Below, piece by piece: positions 62,622 through 64,000 of a stretch of DNA of 64,000 nt (positions within the stretch are counted from its first letter, which is position 1; every line of letters begins with the position of its first letter). Source of the stretch: Candidatus Bathyarchaeota archaeon (GTDB taxonomy: Archaea > Thermoproteota > Bathyarchaeia > Bathyarchaeales > Bathycorpusculaceae). The position numbers were made by a program, and so were the translations under genes. Location: positions 992,001 to 1,056,000 of the forward strand of contig OY970176.1 of assembly GCA_963707955.1 (NCBI GenBank), written 5' to 3'. Below the pieces are notes generated by a model. The model was given only the letters and a program-made list of their open reading frames with translations. It was not told the origin of the DNA and did no database searches.

Positions 62622-63816
62622 ATGTACCGTAGGAAGAAGCAGGTTAGAATCTGCTTTGTCTCCAGTTTTCCGCCATCCAGAGGTAGGTTATCCGAGTACG
62701 CATTTGCTCTCATTAATAGTCTCCAAAAACACTCAGAAATCACGAAAATCGACATCCTCGGTGATACAATCAATGGTAAGACAACCGTTCCAATCAGCGA
62801 CAAGACGGTTCTACATCGAGTTTGGAAACCGGAAAAGCCCGTTTCGTTACTCATGGTCCCTATGTATATTCTCAGAATACGTCCTGACATAGTGCATTTC
62901 AATCTGCACATGGCAGTCTTTGGGAGAGGTAGACTTTCGAATTTTATTGGGCTTGGACTTCCTCTACTCTGCCGCTTGATGGGTCTAAGAGTGCTTGTTA
63001 CGTTACACAATATAACTGAAAGGATAGACCTTCAAAAGACAGGATTTAGCAACAGCTTTATCAACAAAATCGGAGCATTGTTTGCAACAAAACTTCTAAC
63101 CCTAAGCAATATGCTAACAGTGACTGTGAAATCTTACGTGGAGTTACTCAGAACCAAGTACAAATGCAAGAACGTTGTCTGGATTCCTCACGGAACGTGG
63201 TATTCTGGACCTCTCAACAGCGATTGTGGGGAAAAGGACACTATCTTGTACATAGGTCATCATGGGCCTTACAAGGATTTGGAATTACTCTCCAAATCGT
63301 ATCATTTGATTAGGAAGAACAGAAGAGTAAAATTAATAATAGCTGGATCATCACACCCAGACTACCCGAACCTTCTCGAGGAATGGTATGACAAGTCTCC
63401 AGATAAGTCAGATGATATGGATTTCCTCGGGTATGTACCTGAACAGGAACTACCGAAGCTTTTTGGTTGTGTAAGCGTGGTGGTCCTACCTTATTACACC
63501 TGCACTGGCACGAGTGGAGTCGCGCATCTTGCCAGTCTCTTTTGGAACCCCTATCGTGGCAACGGATTTGCCAGAATTTCGTGACCTTGTCAGCTCAGGA
63601 TGCGGAATAGTTCTGAGCGGACACACTCCTGAAGAGTTGGCCGGAAAGATCGAGAGCATACTCGACAGGACAACTCTAGTGCAGGAACTAAGGAACAAGA
63701 ACAACTGCTTTGCCAAACAGAGATCGTGGGATGTGATCGCTTCCCAATTCTGCACGCTTTACGCAAATCTTCTGGATGGAAAAAAGCTGCCCGAAGAAGT
63801 AGGCAATGGGCCATAA
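62622..63816 (+). pseudogene. GT4 glycosyltransferase with one frameshift
   Basis: LPY...TSGVAHLAS continues in another frame as SFGTPIVATDLPEF; one extra base near 63537. Confidence 0.85.
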
Positions 63817-63834
63817 CGCAGAAGGCCTTAGCAG

Positions 63835-64000
63835 ATGAAGATTCTTCAGATTTCCCCCGAATACCCTCCATATAATATTGGCGGTGGGGGGCTCGTAGTT
63901 CAGGAAGTCGCACGAAATCTATCAAAAAGAGGACATAATGTCGAAGTGATATCCGGTTACTATCCTACAGGCTCAATCTTTTACAAAGTCCTATTTGACC
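63835..64000 (+). CDS. GT4 glycosyltransferase, partial (runs off the window)
   Basis: Manual translation MKILQISPEYPPYNIGGGGLVVQEVARNLSKRGHNVEVISG. Confidence 0.85.
   Translation, partial: MKILQISPEYPPYNIGGGGLVVQEVARNLSKRGHNVEVISGYYPTGSIFYKVLFD

Overview
Archaeal chromosome segment, most consistent with Bathyarchaeia/TACK. This is inferred from the 23S rRNA, aRF1, RtcB plus archease, TrmY, Ftr and the style of the surface proteins. Positions 1-15.3 kb are accessory DNA downstream of a tRNA-Gly. They hold a precisely bounded 3.2 kb IS6-family element (796-4017: two-part inverted repeats, 8-bp target duplication CATGCCCA) carrying a DNA methyltransferase-Mrr-like fusion and small passenger genes around a decayed central transposase, plus two large surface proteins. 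Positions 15.3-50.6 kb are mostly core genes: rtcB, archease, M42 peptidase, an MtdA/B-type methylene-H4MPT dehydrogenase, ftr, aRF1, thiL, trmY, dys, dinB, glpX, five tRNAs, and a stand-alone 23S rRNA with its own bulge-helix-bulge processing stem and no 16S or 5S nearby. Positions 51-64 kb are accessory regulators and a surface-glycosylation cluster. The most unusual patterns are a TAGCGCGCGCTA-type palindrome recurring at accessory gene junctions, two copies of a ~200-bp MITE whose ends abut that motif, and an unexplained, probably structured non-coding region at ~49.2-49.5 kb. No CRISPR array was seen. All calls are by eye; no searches were run.
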